This document shows, piece by piece, positions 1 to 9,487 of a stretch of 64,000 nucleotides of DNA. Source of the stretch: a virus (lineage: Duplodnaviria > Heunggongvirae > Uroviricota > Caudoviricetes > Demerecviridae); the IMG/VR virus record IMGVR_UViG_2974499940_000001, positions 35,092-99,091 of that record; one strand, written 5' to 3'. The translations under genes and the position numbers were made by a program. Positions within the stretch are counted from its first letter, which is position 1; the number at the start of each line of letters is the position of its first letter. The notes below the pieces were generated by a model, which was given only the letters and a program-made list of their open reading frames with translations, ran no database searches and was not told the origin of the DNA.

Positions 1-1768
1 CTTGACGCAGAGCTGGGAATAACTTTTTAACATCACGAGGTTCGCATTGGAGCTTAAATACCATGTGTGCGATGTTAGAGTGGAAGTCAGGGTATTTATC
101 AGGTTCATTTCTCATGTTGATAAATACCTGTTGCATATTTCTATCACCAGATAGAACAGCAGCATAATAAACTTCCGCAGTTGTTAAGTCCCATGCAATT
201 ACACGATACCCTGGAGGAGCTACTACACAACCCTTGATAATAGATTCATCACGAGGTAACTGTTGCAGGTTCAGTTTACCAGAAGAACTCAGACGACCAG
301 AAGTAGTCATGTGTTCGTGGAAGCCAGTACGAATGCAACCATCAGCATCAATGCTCAGAAGAATCTTCTCAACGTAAGTAGAGATCAGCTTAGTCAGCTT
401 ACGAATCTCTAGCAGAGTTTTAGCAATTGGATGCTGCGTAGACAGTTCGTTCAGAGCTTCTGCATCTGTAGAGTCCGCTCCAGTATCTGTCAATTTACCT
501 GTTGGAGTTAACCCAACATAATCAAACAGAAGAACACGTAGCTGCTTAACAGAGTTTGGGTTAAACGCTTCGTTCTGATCTTTTTCTAGCTGAACGACTT
601 CTGGATAAGTATACAGTTTCTCACGAGCCTTATTCAGGTTATGGGTTAACTGGTACTGTGCTTCTTTCAAGCGATCAATAGAAATTGGTACACCACGATC
701 TTCAACACGTTGCAGGAACACGCAGCCAGGCATCAAAACATCGTAGTATAGACTGCAGAGTTTTTCATTCTTCTCAATTTTTGGTAAGAAGAAGTTGTGC
801 AAACGTATGGTGGCATCGGTATCTTTTGCAGCGTAAGGCCACATAATATCAAACGGAATTAAATCATAAGTGAAATCTTCTTTCTTGATTTTATGTGTTT
901 TGCAGTAATCCTCCTTGAACTTATCTAGCTCAAAGTCATAGTCACCCATATCGGTATACTTCATTGCTAGAGATTTCAAGCCATGAGTACCACGACGCTC
1001 ATCTAGGACATAATGCTGCAACATTGTATCATGGAGCCTGCGTTCTTTATGTGCTTTATCAAAAGTAAGTCCCAGATGGTACTTATAAAAGTGCATATCA
1101 AACTTCAAGTTGTGAAAAACAATAGTGTGGTTTTCACTATCCAGAATTTTCTGGAGATAATATACTGCAACCTCTGTGAGACAATCAGAATCGATATATA
1201 CACCCTGATACTCTTGGTGAGATATAGAAACACCAAGCAGATAACCATCTCGACAGTATAGTGCTGAGGTTTCGGAGTCGAATGCGACAGGTCCGATAAC
1301 CATATTATACACCATCTTGATATATTCTTCCGCCTCGTCAGGGTCAGTAATAGGACGGTAATCACCAGCTTTTGCAATCTTCTCACGACCATTGATAATA
1401 TCGTGGATATTCTCTACTGTTGCATCAAAAACTGGTTTCATTTCAGGCTTAAAGTGTAACTGGGCTGGGCTGATACTCGCAATCCAGTTAGCATATCCAT
1501 TATACTCTACACGTTTACCAGTATAGTCACCAATGCCTTTCTTACCCGCGAAGTACAGGAAAGGTTCAGCACCTACTAGTATAACAAAATCATAATCATT
1601 CGGATCAAATGGGTTTTCTGGTGTTCCAATAGTAATGTGCTTTTTAAGCAAACGACCAGATAACTTCTCGTTACACATATGGAATACATCAACTTCCTCG
1701 CCGTATAGCTGGAAATGTTTATCGTAACGAGTGTTGTTTAGAGCTTTATCAACTATTGCGATTTTCAA
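1..1768 (-). CDS. DNA polymerase, family A (T5-type), 5' portion; gene runs off window start
   Basis: Minus-strand ORF open to the window edge. The rc translation starts MKIAIVDKALNNTRYDKHFQLYGEEV from TTG, with AGGAG 7 nt upstream. 3'-5' exonuclease motifs FDSETS and YAAKDTDAT precede the Pol A body. The N-terminus matches my memory of the T5 polymerase. Confidence 0.85.
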   Translation of the reverse strand, partial: MKIAIVDKALNNTRYDKHFQLYGEEVDVFHMCNEKLSGRLLKKHITIGTPENPFDPNDYDFVILVGAEPFLYFAGKKGIGDYTGKRVEYNGYANWIASISPAQLHFKPEMKPVFDATVENIHDIINGREKIAKAGDYRPITDPDEAEEYIKMVYNMVIGPVAFDSETSALYCRDGYLLGVSISHQEYQGVYIDSDCLTEVAVYYLQKILDSENHTIVFHNLKFDMHFYKYHLGLTFDKAHKERRLHDTMLQHYVLDERRGTHGLKSLAMKYTDMGDYDFELDKFKEDYCKTHKIKKEDFTYDLIPFDIMWPYAAKDTDATIRLHNFFLPKIEKNEKLCSLYYDVLMPGCVFLQRVEDRGVPISIDRLKEAQYQLTHNLNKAREKLYTYPEVVQLEKDQNEAFNPNSVKQLRVLLFDYVGLTPTGKLTDTGADSTDAEALNELSTQHPIAKTLLEIRKLTKLISTYVEKILLSIDADGCIRTGFHEHMTTSGRLSSSGKLNLQQLPRDESIIKGCVVAPPGYRVIAWDLTTAEVYYAAVLSGDRNMQQVFINMRNEPDKYPDFHSNIAHMVFKLQCEPRDVKKLFPALRQ

Positions 1769-1830
1769 ATTTAATCTCCTCTTGGTAAGTAAGTATAACT
1801 TCAGTGTTTCTTCTCTAACTTACCAATATA

Positions 1831-2721
1831 TTATACCAAATCTTTAAGCGATTCAGCAACTAAAATTTCAATACGTTTTGCTAACATATCAATTTCATCT
1901 TTGTTTAAATCACCCGGATCCTTGCCCTCGGGTAGAAGAAAGCTAGCAACTACAGGTGTTAAACGAGTTTTTGTACGAATTAACTTGGCCAACGCTTGTG
2001 CAGCCTTATTACCAGAAGCATCATTATCTAGTAAGATAACAACAACTTTTACACCAGCAATAATATAAGGGCTGAACTTATCCGCAATGTTATCCGAAGT
2101 AAACTGATGTGTACCAAAGCAGCAAGAAGCATAGTCTATACCATTATCTTCTAGGTTCAGCATATCAAAGATACCCTCAACTAGAATAAGAACTGGAGTG
2201 TTATATCGTACAGGGAAAATCGGTGGTGAAACTTGTTTTGGTTTTACTAAGTATTTAGGAGGGGCAGAACTGTTTATAGAACGACCCAAAAATAGGATAT
2301 TGCGTCCAACAGCATCTGTGATTGGGAATACAATTCTGCCTTCCCAGTCTGCTTGGTGTTGGAAAGCAAAATATTTCTTCAAGGTCTTAGAACTTATACC
2401 TCGGAAATCACCTTCGAAAAGGTAAGCAGATTCAGGAATTGCAAGATTCGTTGATCCATTTCTAATTTCTGAAATCTTTTTTCGTACCTGTGATAGTCTT
2501 GGGGACTGCCGGTACTGAGTCTCATTAAAATAATGGTAAATGCTCGGTATACCTTTACCGAAGCCACAACTCAAGCAGTGCATAATACCTGTTTCAGGAT
2601 CAATACGCAAACTTGGGTGTTTATCGTCATGATCTGGATTGAGACAACAGATGAGGATGTCCCCACCTGTGTCTTTATATTCAATGCCTTTCAGATCAAG
2701 TAGTTCTGTTATTCTACTCAT
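1831..2721 (-). CDS. DNA primase (DnaG-like: zinc-binding CHC2 plus TOPRIM)
   Basis: 296-aa ORF with CLNPDHDDKHPSLRIDPETGIMHCLSCGFGKG zinc ribbon and a TOPRIM-like EGIFDMLNLED...LLDNDASG segment. Confidence 0.8.
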   Translation of the reverse strand: MSRITELLDLKGIEYKDTGGDILICCLNPDHDDKHPSLRIDPETGIMHCLSCGFGKGIPSIYHYFNETQYRQSPRLSQVRKKISEIRNGSTNLAIPESAYLFEGDFRGISSKTLKKYFAFQHQADWEGRIVFPITDAVGRNILFLGRSINSSAPPKYLVKPKQVSPPIFPVRYNTPVLILVEGIFDMLNLEDNGIDYASCCFGTHQFTSDNIADKFSPYIIAGVKVVVILLDNDASGNKAAQALAKLIRTKTRLTPVVASFLLPEGKDPGDLNKDEIDMLAKRIEILVAESLKDLV

Positions 2722-4241
2722 ATATCGCTGGCCTGTTCACCTGTTGAATTTTCAGTTTTGTCTTTCTTAGCACGTTTAGGTTGAGCTGGCTTATCCTTCT
2801 CAATAGGGATAACGAACTCAGCTTCCATTTGAGATATATCTTCCATTGCTAGGTTAGTTGTATTATCCATTCGCAGAGTTTCCCAGTTCATCTTAGGCAT
2901 AAACTTCACGCTATCAGAAGAACGAGTCTTAACGAAGTCAAACATAATAGCACCTTGACCATTATCAGCTTTTGCAGCATTAAGATTAGCAGCCATGTCT
3001 GCGGAATCAAGAATCCCCTTTGACATACGTGTTCTACCATCTTGATCGATCTGGTAAGGAGCTACACCAGCCACGTTATGTTTCTGGCAGATAGATTTGA
3101 AAGACGAGCTAACAACCATCTGTTCTTTCCAGTCATACATATCAATGGTTTTAGAATCTGGAAGTCGGGTTTGGTTAATATAGTCCAGTAAAGCTACTGT
3201 AACTTTATCACCATATCTAGCAACTAATTTATTTAATTCTACGTCAACTGTTGTAATAGACAGCTCAGGGTCATAAACAATAATCATAGGAGTATGTAGC
3301 TCATACCCTTCTATTAGCTTACTTTCCATATCGTAGAAATCACTCATCTTAGCCATTGTGTACTGTTTAACGAAGTTATCGAAAAGCTCTTCACCACCAT
3401 TAAACATTCTGGCTCTAGTTCTGGCTAATCTCAACAGAGCTGCACCTTCTAGAGTATTATTACGCATTGCTAATGCTGATACACCAGCTAACATGGCTAG
3501 ATTACGTCTAAATACTTCATGTTCTTTCATCTCAATTGAGAAGTATGGAGCAATATCTCCATTCAAATATTGCTGAACCTGTATGTTTGAACAGATAATG
3601 GATTTACCAGTACCACGCCAACCACCAAGCAGTAACGTTTCTGTGCGAGCTAAACCAATTTGAGCGTCGAACTCATTACAAATACCAAGAGCGATTAAGT
3701 TCAGTTTGGTATCTTCTTCTCTCTGGAAAATACGCATGTTATCTGCGTTGAATACTTTTCCAGTATTCGTTACTTTCTCTTCTAATTTTAAGTGAAGGGA
3801 GGCAACTCGGTTGAGAATTTCTCCCTGATCCAGCATTGTTAAATCTTGAAGCACGTCTGTTTCTAGAAGCTTCAGGAATAAATCCTGTGTATATTCTGCT
3901 TCTAGGACTTCAAGTGCCTGTTCCATGCTCACTTCTGGAATTTGAGTGTTAGCTAAGACGACTAGAGCTTGAGAAAGGCGGGCGTTCCTATTAGCTTCAA
4001 GCATAAGTGCGTCAATGGACGGCATTGTGTTATATTTTTTATAATAATTCTGGACGGCTTGGTAAATTGAGGAGAAAGCGTCATTAAAATGATCTTTATG
4101 CAGTTTTGAGAATGTTTCCAATGCTATTTGCTTCTGTTCGGAAGCTAGAAGCATCTTCAACACTACAGCTTGCACGTTAAACAAGGTCATTCTCCTTTGC
4201 ACGCTTTCGTGCCTTCTAAATGCAAAAAGGGGAAGGAGCAT
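2718..4241 (-). CDS. replicative DNA helicase (DnaB-like, RecA-fold)
   Basis: 507-aa ORF with P-loop GGWRGTGKS and DnaB-like C-terminal ATPase. Its start overlaps the primase stop. GGAGG RBS sits 5 nt upstream. Confidence 0.75.
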   Translation of the reverse strand: MLLPLFAFRRHESVQRRMTLFNVQAVVLKMLLASEQKQIALETFSKLHKDHFNDAFSSIYQAVQNYYKKYNTMPSIDALMLEANRNARLSQALVVLANTQIPEVSMEQALEVLEAEYTQDLFLKLLETDVLQDLTMLDQGEILNRVASLHLKLEEKVTNTGKVFNADNMRIFQREEDTKLNLIALGICNEFDAQIGLARTETLLLGGWRGTGKSIICSNIQVQQYLNGDIAPYFSIEMKEHEVFRRNLAMLAGVSALAMRNNTLEGAALLRLARTRARMFNGGEELFDNFVKQYTMAKMSDFYDMESKLIEGYELHTPMIIVYDPELSITTVDVELNKLVARYGDKVTVALLDYINQTRLPDSKTIDMYDWKEQMVVSSSFKSICQKHNVAGVAPYQIDQDGRTRMSKGILDSADMAANLNAAKADNGQGAIMFDFVKTRSSDSVKFMPKMNWETLRMDNTTNLAMEDISQMEAEFVIPIEKDKPAQPKRAKKDKTENSTGEQASDI

Positions 4242-4272
4242 AGCCCCCTCCCCTTAGGTTTAATTTACCAGA

Positions 4273-5040
4273 TTATTCAGCAGCCGCAGCTTTTGCATCC
4301 AGTTTAGCACGCTTAGCGGCACCATCATAGTCCTTAGCAACCAGACCACGACGAGACAGCATAGATTTAACACCGCGCTCAGATTTACCAGTTTTCTCAG
4401 CGATCTCAGCAACAGTCATGTTAACCAGGTCCAGACCTTCTAACAGATCTTCACGAGTTTTAGCACTTGAAGTTTCCTGTACTGGCATAGCAGCGATACG
4501 ACCTTCACGAAGCAGACTCAGAGCTTTACCACGGATCTGCTTGATATTACGACCGAAGTGAGCAGCAATAGCTTCAATAGTAGCACCAGCAACAACCTGA
4601 TTAACAAAATCAGTTTCTTCATCCGGAGTGAAGGAACGAACAGCAGCAGCTTTTTCGGTTGGCTTAACAGAAGCGGTCATTTCCAGACTCAGGATTTTAC
4701 CCTGTACCTGTTTAGCACCGAACTGACCACCAGCTACAGCAGCAGCGATTTCAGCATAGGTATACTGACCAGCATGAGCGTTCAGGAAATCAACCAGTTC
4801 AGCTTCCTGCTCAGGAGTCCACGGGGATTTCTGTACTTCGTTAGCTTTTTGTACTTCAAAACCTTCTTTACGCAGTTTAGAGCCAACAGAGCGAGCAGTA
4901 ACATCTTTGCCAGTTTCAGCAGCTAGTTCAGCAGCGATAGCAGCTACTTGTTCTTGAGAGATTACAGAAACACCCAGAGCAGTGGCTTTTGCTTTCAGAG
5001 ACTCGGTTACACCTTCTACGTTCCAGTTCAGTTTAGACAT
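4273..5040 (-). CDS. putative DNA-binding protein (three HTH-like repeats, Ala-rich)
   Basis: 255-aa ORF with three similar segments (SVGSKLRKEGFEV / KQIRGKALSLLREGRIA / VKSMLSRRGLVAKDY). Its position between helicase and ligase resembles the T5 D5-type protein, but that assignment is uncertain. Confidence 0.5.
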   Translation of the reverse strand: MSKLNWNVEGVTESLKAKATALGVSVISQEQVAAIAAELAAETGKDVTARSVGSKLRKEGFEVQKANEVQKSPWTPEQEAELVDFLNAHAGQYTYAEIAAAVAGGQFGAKQVQGKILSLEMTASVKPTEKAAAVRSFTPDEETDFVNQVVAGATIEAIAAHFGRNIKQIRGKALSLLREGRIAAMPVQETSSAKTREDLLEGLDLVNMTVAEIAEKTGKSERGVKSMLSRRGLVAKDYDGAAKRAKLDAKAAAAE

Positions 5041-5815
5041 TATTATTTTTCTCCAATAGTTCTTTAATCGACAGGATTTCTATCCCATTCGTTTCGGCTT
5101 TCTTATAAGATGAGGAAGAACGCTTCGATTCATCCTCACAGATTAGGTATTTGACGTCTTTGGTAACGGATTTCTTAACCGTATATCCTAGACCTTCTAA
5201 ATAGTTTGTTGCATCCGTTCTATTTGCAAAATCTTGCAAAGATCCGGTAATACATACCGTTATTCCGTTTGGTTGGGCTACTAGACCATCAGTGATGATG
5301 ACCTCAGCTTTAGCACCTTTAATACCAGTTGTGAATTTCCACGGTAATTCGATAACATCCTTGCCTTGTGGGGAATTTAGCCAGGCTTTATAATTTTCTC
5401 CAGCTTTGCCGTCAGCCTTCACATCATGGAAGCTAGTGCAATTTTGGGATAATTTCTTTGCTGCAACCTCTCCAATTAGAGGGATTCCTAAAGAACCGAG
5501 AACTGAACCAAAGTCAATGTCTCCGCGAACTTTAGTATTTAATTCGCTAGTTAACTTAGCGGCAACCTTGCTACCCACGGCTCTAACCAAATCTTCTTCG
5601 GTTAGGTAAAATAGTTCTGAAATCTTCGTCAGCTCCAGCTTCTCAATAGTTTTTGGACCAAAGCCCTTTAACTTCATTTTTGTGCAGAAGTTCTCAATTA
5701 ACTTACTTGATTGCGCTGGACAGTTGGACTTATTACGACAGAATAATTGTCCGTTGACAAGATCTAGCTTAGAACCACAAGAGGGACATTGTGTTGGAAT
5801 TTCGATTTTCATCAA
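5033..5815 (-). CDS. ligB: NAD-dependent DNA ligase subunit B (Zn finger, HhH, BRCT)
   Basis: CPSCGSKLDLVNGQLFCRNKSNCPAQ zinc finger, HhH GFGPKTIEKL, and a BRCT-like C-terminus (ITDGLVAQPNGITVCITGSL). Confidence 0.8.
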   Translation of the reverse strand: MMKIEIPTQCPSCGSKLDLVNGQLFCRNKSNCPAQSSKLIENFCTKMKLKGFGPKTIEKLELTKISELFYLTEEDLVRAVGSKVAAKLTSELNTKVRGDIDFGSVLGSLGIPLIGEVAAKKLSQNCTSFHDVKADGKAGENYKAWLNSPQGKDVIELPWKFTTGIKGAKAEVIITDGLVAQPNGITVCITGSLQDFANRTDATNYLEGLGYTVKKSVTKDVKYLICEDESKRSSSSYKKAETNGIEILSIKELLEKNNNV

Positions 5816-5842
5816 ATTTCTTCCTTATCAATTTATATAAAT

Positions 5843-5871
5843 ATTATAGCAAGTATTTAAGCATTTAGCAA
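5843..5871 (-). promoter_or_regulatory. minus-strand promoter TTGCTA-17-TATAAT (ligB)
   Basis: The rc reads TTGCTAAATGCTTAAATACTTGCTATAATATTTATATAAATTGATAAGGAAG. Confidence 0.6.
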
Positions 5872-5935
5872 CTACAATTTTAATTAACTTTGCTTACCCT
5901 CGCCATAACTTTCTATCCCTCAACTGAATGATAAT

Positions 5936-5964
5936 AGTATATACCTAAGCGGCGAAAATGTCAA
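5936..5964 (-). promoter_or_regulatory. minus-strand promoter TTGACA-17-TATACT (second class)
   Basis: The rc reads TTGACATTTTCGCCGCTTAGGTATATACT; it shares the 12-mer TTGACATTTTCG with 34305-34316. Confidence 0.5.
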
Positions 5965-6014
5965 TAACCACTTTATAATTCCGATATGGTAGATGGGTAG
6001 CAAAGGGTTATGTA

Positions 6015-6989
6015 TTAATCGTATACTCGCTCTACTATGCACGGGATTACACCACCAGCACGAATCACTCGAATCTGGCAACCGATCTCTAGATCGAGAG
6101 AGTTAATATAATCAACGTTATTAAGAGTCGCCTTAACAATTGTAGCATCATCAATAATTACCGGTTCGAAATAACCAACTGGAGTTACTTTACCAGAAGC
6201 CCCTACCTGCCATTCAACTTTAGTAAGAGTTGTAATCTCGCCTTCTTCATCCTCTTTAATAGCGAATGCTCCACGAGGGAATTTATTAGTCCAGCCTTCA
6301 CGGAAGAATTTGTTGTTGTCATTAATACGAACAACTTTACCGTCCGTTGGAATCCATTTAAAGAAGGAACGCACATTAACAACTGTTAAGAAGTTCTCAT
6401 TCTCTAGCCAAAGCATATCTTTTAAATATGCTTCTGTAATACCTACAGATTCGGCAGAACATTGGATACCATAAGCAACGAAGATTAAACCACCTTCTCC
6501 AATGCGTTGTACGAAATCATCGCTATCTTTGAGGTTAATAGCACCAGAGGCAAAGTTACGTTTATTTTCTACTTCTTTTGTAATTAGAACTTCACCAGTG
6601 ATTTGAGTAGGTACTTTTTGGGAAATCTTTTTAGGAATGTTCAGCAATCTTACGTTGCTTGTGACATCATTCCCTAGAATACCATTACCACGGGTTAATG
6701 CTTGGACAAATTCGCCGTTAATATATAACAGAGAAATTGCACAACCATCTAACTTATCAGTTTCTACCTGACCTAAGGGGTTAAATGGGGGTTTATCTCC
6801 CCGATTATAATAAACTTTCTGTAAAGAATACATACGATACAGATGTGGAATATCACCTTTAGGCCCGATCTCTTCTTCTAACGGGAAGCGTTTTACCAGG
6901 CAATCATACTCCTCATCAGAGATTAAAGACATGCCTTGATAATATGCTTCTTGACAACGCTTAATAAAGCCTTTTACATTATTCATCAT
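6015..6989 (-). CDS. ligA: NAD-dependent DNA ligase subunit A (adenylation domain)
   Basis: 324-aa ORF with KxDG adenylation motif (ETDKLDGCAISLLY) and an OB-fold region. It is separated from ligB by a 200-bp promoter-bearing spacer. Confidence 0.8.
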   Translation of the reverse strand: MMNNVKGFIKRCQEAYYQGMSLISDEEYDCLVKRFPLEEEIGPKGDIPHLYRMYSLQKVYYNRGDKPPFNPLGQVETDKLDGCAISLLYINGEFVQALTRGNGILGNDVTSNVRLLNIPKKISQKVPTQITGEVLITKEVENKRNFASGAINLKDSDDFVQRIGEGGLIFVAYGIQCSAESVGITEAYLKDMLWLENENFLTVVNVRSFFKWIPTDGKVVRINDNNKFFREGWTNKFPRGAFAIKEDEEGEITTLTKVEWQVGASGKVTPVGYFEPVIIDDATIVKATLNNVDYINSLDLEIGCQIRVIRAGGVIPCIVERVYD

Positions 6990-7194
6990 CGGCGATTTCC
7001 ATCTTGAGTTCTTTATTATATTGTGTAACCATATCCATCAAATCAGCAGATTCTTTCAGAAACGCATCTTTGTACGCTTTTTGATTTACTGTGCCTATGC
7101 TATCTTGATAATTAATACGTGCTGTGGAAAGTAGATTAAGTTTTGCTTGAATCTTGGGAAGTGTTACTGTCATTGCCATGATTGATCCTCTCAT
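6979..7194 (-). CDS. hypothetical protein (71 aa)
   Basis: ORF immediately downstream of a minus-strand consensus promoter; overlaps the ligA start by 11 nt. Confidence 0.5.
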   Translation of the reverse strand: MRGSIMAMTVTLPKIQAKLNLLSTARINYQDSIGTVNQKAYKDAFLKESADLMDMVTQYNKELKMEIADDE

Positions 7195-7208
7195 TAATTT
7201 ATATAAAT

Positions 7209-7237
7209 ATTATATAACAAAACTGAGTTGAAAGCAA
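7209..7237 (-). promoter_or_regulatory. minus-strand promoter TTGCTT-17-TATAAT
   Basis: The rc reads TTGCTTTCAACTCAGTTTTGTTATATAATATTTATATAAATTAATGAGAGG. Confidence 0.6.
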
Positions 7238-7264
7238 ATACATTTATAAAGAAAAAGCCAAGAA

Positions 7265-7573
7265 CTAGGCATTCTTGGCTTTGAGCTCTTCAGCTCGTTT
7301 CTGTACTTCATGTAAAACCTCAGATTCGCTAAGAATCTGTGTAAACGCATAGAAAAGCTGTGATGTTGTTTCTAGGGTGTAAGGAAAAGAGAAGCCAGAT
7401 TTCGTTGGAAACCACTCATCATTAATATCAAGAAGCCAGTAACGAATACCCATGTATAGATTCCCACGAAATTCAGATACTGTTAATCTTACTTGTTCCC
7501 CCTCCTTCTCCCAAAGTATGATGGACTGGTCATCAACGTGTCCTTCATAGTTTTGATTTACCTGTTCGCTCAT
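7265..7573 (-). CDS. hypothetical protein (102 aa)
   Basis: ORF in the minus-strand operon, non-overlapping with neighbours. Confidence 0.5.
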   Translation of the reverse strand: MSEQVNQNYEGHVDDQSIILWEKEGEQVRLTVSEFRGNLYMGIRYWLLDINDEWFPTKSGFSFPYTLETTSQLFYAFTQILSESEVLHEVQKRAEELKAKNA

Positions 7574-7589
7574 TTACATATCCCAAATA

Positions 7590-7613
7590 CACAAAAAGCC
7601 CCATATAGGGGCT
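7590..7613 (-). terminator. intrinsic terminator (minus)
   Basis: rc AGCCCC-TATAT-GGGGCT followed by TTTTTG. Confidence 0.6.
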
Positions 7614-7623
7614 AATTGTTTTC

Positions 7624-7920
7624 TTATCGGCCTACTGGAGAAGCACGATCTAACTCTGATTGGAGGCTAGTCACACGACGAACTTTCTCGACAGGAATAA
7701 AACGGAAGCTATCATTAGTACGAGAGAAGACAAGGATTTCATCATCTTTCGCTTTACGAATACGTTCACGTTTAATACGCTCAGCCAGATATTTATCTTG
7801 GGACGGATCAAATTCCATTGTACCCTGAAGGTACGTGGTTCCTTTCTGACGAAGTTTCTCGTAATGAAGATAAAACTCACCAAATTTTTCACATTGTGCA
7901 ATAATTTCAGCTTTGGTCAT
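7624..7920 (-). CDS. hypothetical protein (98 aa)
   Basis: ORF followed by a minus-strand terminator hairpin; two overlapping alternative-frame ORFs were rejected. Confidence 0.5.
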   Translation of the reverse strand: MTKAEIIAQCEKFGEFYLHYEKLRQKGTTYLQGTMEFDPSQDKYLAERIKRERIRKAKDDEILVFSRTNDSFRFIPVEKVRRVTSLQSELDRASPVGR

Positions 7921-7956
7921 AACTGTGTTCCTTTTGTTGGTGGATTTATCTAAAAA

Positions 7957-8367
7957 TTACTTAGTGATAGCTCGGATTGCTTCAGCCAGATGAGCGGCTG
8001 CTTTACCGGTCAGTTTGTCGATAATTGCATCATCCAGAAAATCTGGTGCTAAGCCAGCATCAGAGAACGCTGAACGAAGATCAGCATGAGCTTGGGCTTT
8101 GGAGGTACGAGAACCACCAGAAGCTTTTTCTCCCGTAGATGCACTAGATTTAGAAGCAGAACCAGCAGCTTTCTTGATATACAAACCTGCTTTAGTCAGC
8201 TTCATACGAAAACCGTTCGGAGTTACACCATTTTCCTGGGCAATTTCGCTAACAATTTCCATGCTAACACCCGGGCGTTCATCCTCTGGGAATTGCTCCA
8301 TACGAGCAACATATTCGGAAGACATTTTTTCGAACAGTTCATCAGTCCACTGAGTTGGAGTAGTCAT
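7957..8367 (-). CDS. hypothetical protein (136 aa, Ala/Ser-rich)
   Basis: ORF directly downstream of the minus-strand promoter at 8425-8453. Confidence 0.55.
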   Translation of the reverse strand: MTTPTQWTDELFEKMSSEYVARMEQFPEDERPGVSMEIVSEIAQENGVTPNGFRMKLTKAGLYIKKAAGSASKSSASTGEKASGGSRTSKAQAHADLRSAFSDAGLAPDFLDDAIIDKLTGKAAAHLAEAIRAITK

Positions 8368-8424
8368 ATTTTATATTTCCTTAATTAAGAATTAAACAGA
8401 ATAGTTCTTTCAAACTATGAGAAT

Positions 8425-8453
8425 ATTATATCAAGAATTGTAGGATTAAGCAA
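8425..8453 (-). promoter_or_regulatory. minus-strand promoter TTGCTT-17-TATAAT
   Basis: rc consensus. Confidence 0.6.
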
Positions 8454-8470
8454 CTGAAATTTTTAAGTAG

Positions 8471-8722
8471 TTACTCCACCAGGCCAACAGCGAGCATATC
8501 CTCGATGCTGGCAACCTCCCAATCGTCTGCAATAGCTTCGCATACTGTTAATGAAACAACCTTGCTGTATGGATAGTTACCGGCTACTCAGGTATGCTGA
8601 GTAGCTACATCCGAGTCAGCATCTAAAGTTAGTAACACTAAGCCGTTATTATCGTTATCCCAGCTTCTACGATATAGAGTTTTTACTTCCCCATCTTTAA
8701 GCAAATCAGTTAGCTTACTCAC
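8471..8722 (-). pseudogene. ~83-codon ORF interrupted by one in-frame TGA (possible pseudogene or readthrough gene)
   Basis: The rc reads VSKLTDLLKDGEVKTLYRRSWDNDNNGLVLLTLDADSDVATQHT-TGA-VAGNYPYSKVVSLTVCEAIADDWEVASIEDMLAVGLVE in one frame. There is no independent start for the second half. Confidence 0.3.
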
Positions 8723-9419
8723 GGCGTTTTCCTTTTTCTTTATCAAGTTTCAGGGCAGCCTTAACAGCTTCGTTAATCAGTGTGATAACTTCTTCCCGGG
8801 ACCATTTGTACCCCAGAGACTTTACATCAACCCCTAACTTTTCCAGATGTTTAACAGAGGCCAGCTCGTAATTCATATAATGAACGTTCTGTTGTTTGCC
8901 TTCCGATAGTAACCAGACTCGATAACAGCCAACAGGATTATCCATTGCTTTTTTGATTTCACCGATACACTGGTACCCAGGAACCCAAACAAGCTCACCA
9001 ACTGCAAATTCTTCTGCTACAGCATCATCAGGAATAATTGGAGGATTCAATGGATCTACAATATCGTTCAAACGAAGTAGAGCACCATATCGTTCCAGAA
9101 CAGATTTAACCATTGCTACAGAGCGGTAATTACGATCGGCAATTTCTTCAAAAGAATCACCAGATAAATACTGCTCAATAACGTTAGCTAACTCAATGCC
9201 TTCAATGAGTGTGCCACGTTTCTTTTTCTTCATCTCGGCAACTTGAATTTGGCGATCTTGCCACTCTTCTATCATCCTTTCCATAGTTGGGTTGGATGAT
9301 ACGCCGAGCATTTCACATGCGGCTTTCTTAGTACCACCGTTCTCCAGATGCTCTATAACCTTTTTAAAGACTTCATCAGGGATTTCATGGATATGTTTCT
9401 TTCTGCGAGAACCAGCCAT
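8715..9419 (-). CDS. putative HTH DNA-binding / transcription regulator (234 aa)
   Basis: N-terminal HTH-like GGTKKAACEMLGVSSNPTMERMIEEW; its own consensus promoter lies at 9451-9479. Confidence 0.55.
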   Translation of the reverse strand: MAGSRRKKHIHEIPDEVFKKVIEHLENGGTKKAACEMLGVSSNPTMERMIEEWQDRQIQVAEMKKKKRGTLIEGIELANVIEQYLSGDSFEEIADRNYRSVAMVKSVLERYGALLRLNDIVDPLNPPIIPDDAVAEEFAVGELVWVPGYQCIGEIKKAMDNPVGCYRVWLLSEGKQQNVHYMNYELASVKHLEKLGVDVKSLGYKWSREEVITLINEAVKAALKLDKEKGKRRE

Positions 9420-9450
9420 ATTTAAACTCCTCTCTCAAATTTATGAATCT

Positions 9451-9479
9451 ATTATACAGAAAAATTTTCCTGAAAGCAA
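9451..9479 (-). promoter_or_regulatory. minus-strand promoter TTGCTT-17-TATAAT plus downstream ATAAATTTGAGAGAGG
   Basis: rc consensus. Confidence 0.6.
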
Positions 9480-9487
9480 ATAAATTT

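Noticed and set aside
4244-4272. Hairpin plus T-run, read as a terminator after the DNA-binding-protein gene
   Set aside because: It overlaps the RBS and first codons of the downstream helicase gene, so it could be an attenuator or coincidental and is not listed as a terminator.
2198-4926. Antisense ORFs within the primase/helicase/DNA-binding genes (2198-2425, 3358-3576, 4558-4926)
   Set aside because: These are shadow ORFs on the opposite strand of strongly supported genes, with low-complexity Ser/Phe-rich products.
7616-8388. Overlapping alternative-frame ORFs (7616-7828, 7660-7953, 7671-7901, 8086-8388, 8099-8353)
   Set aside because: They are mutually exclusive with the longer minus-strand ORFs that fit the promoter/terminator layout and have no RBS.
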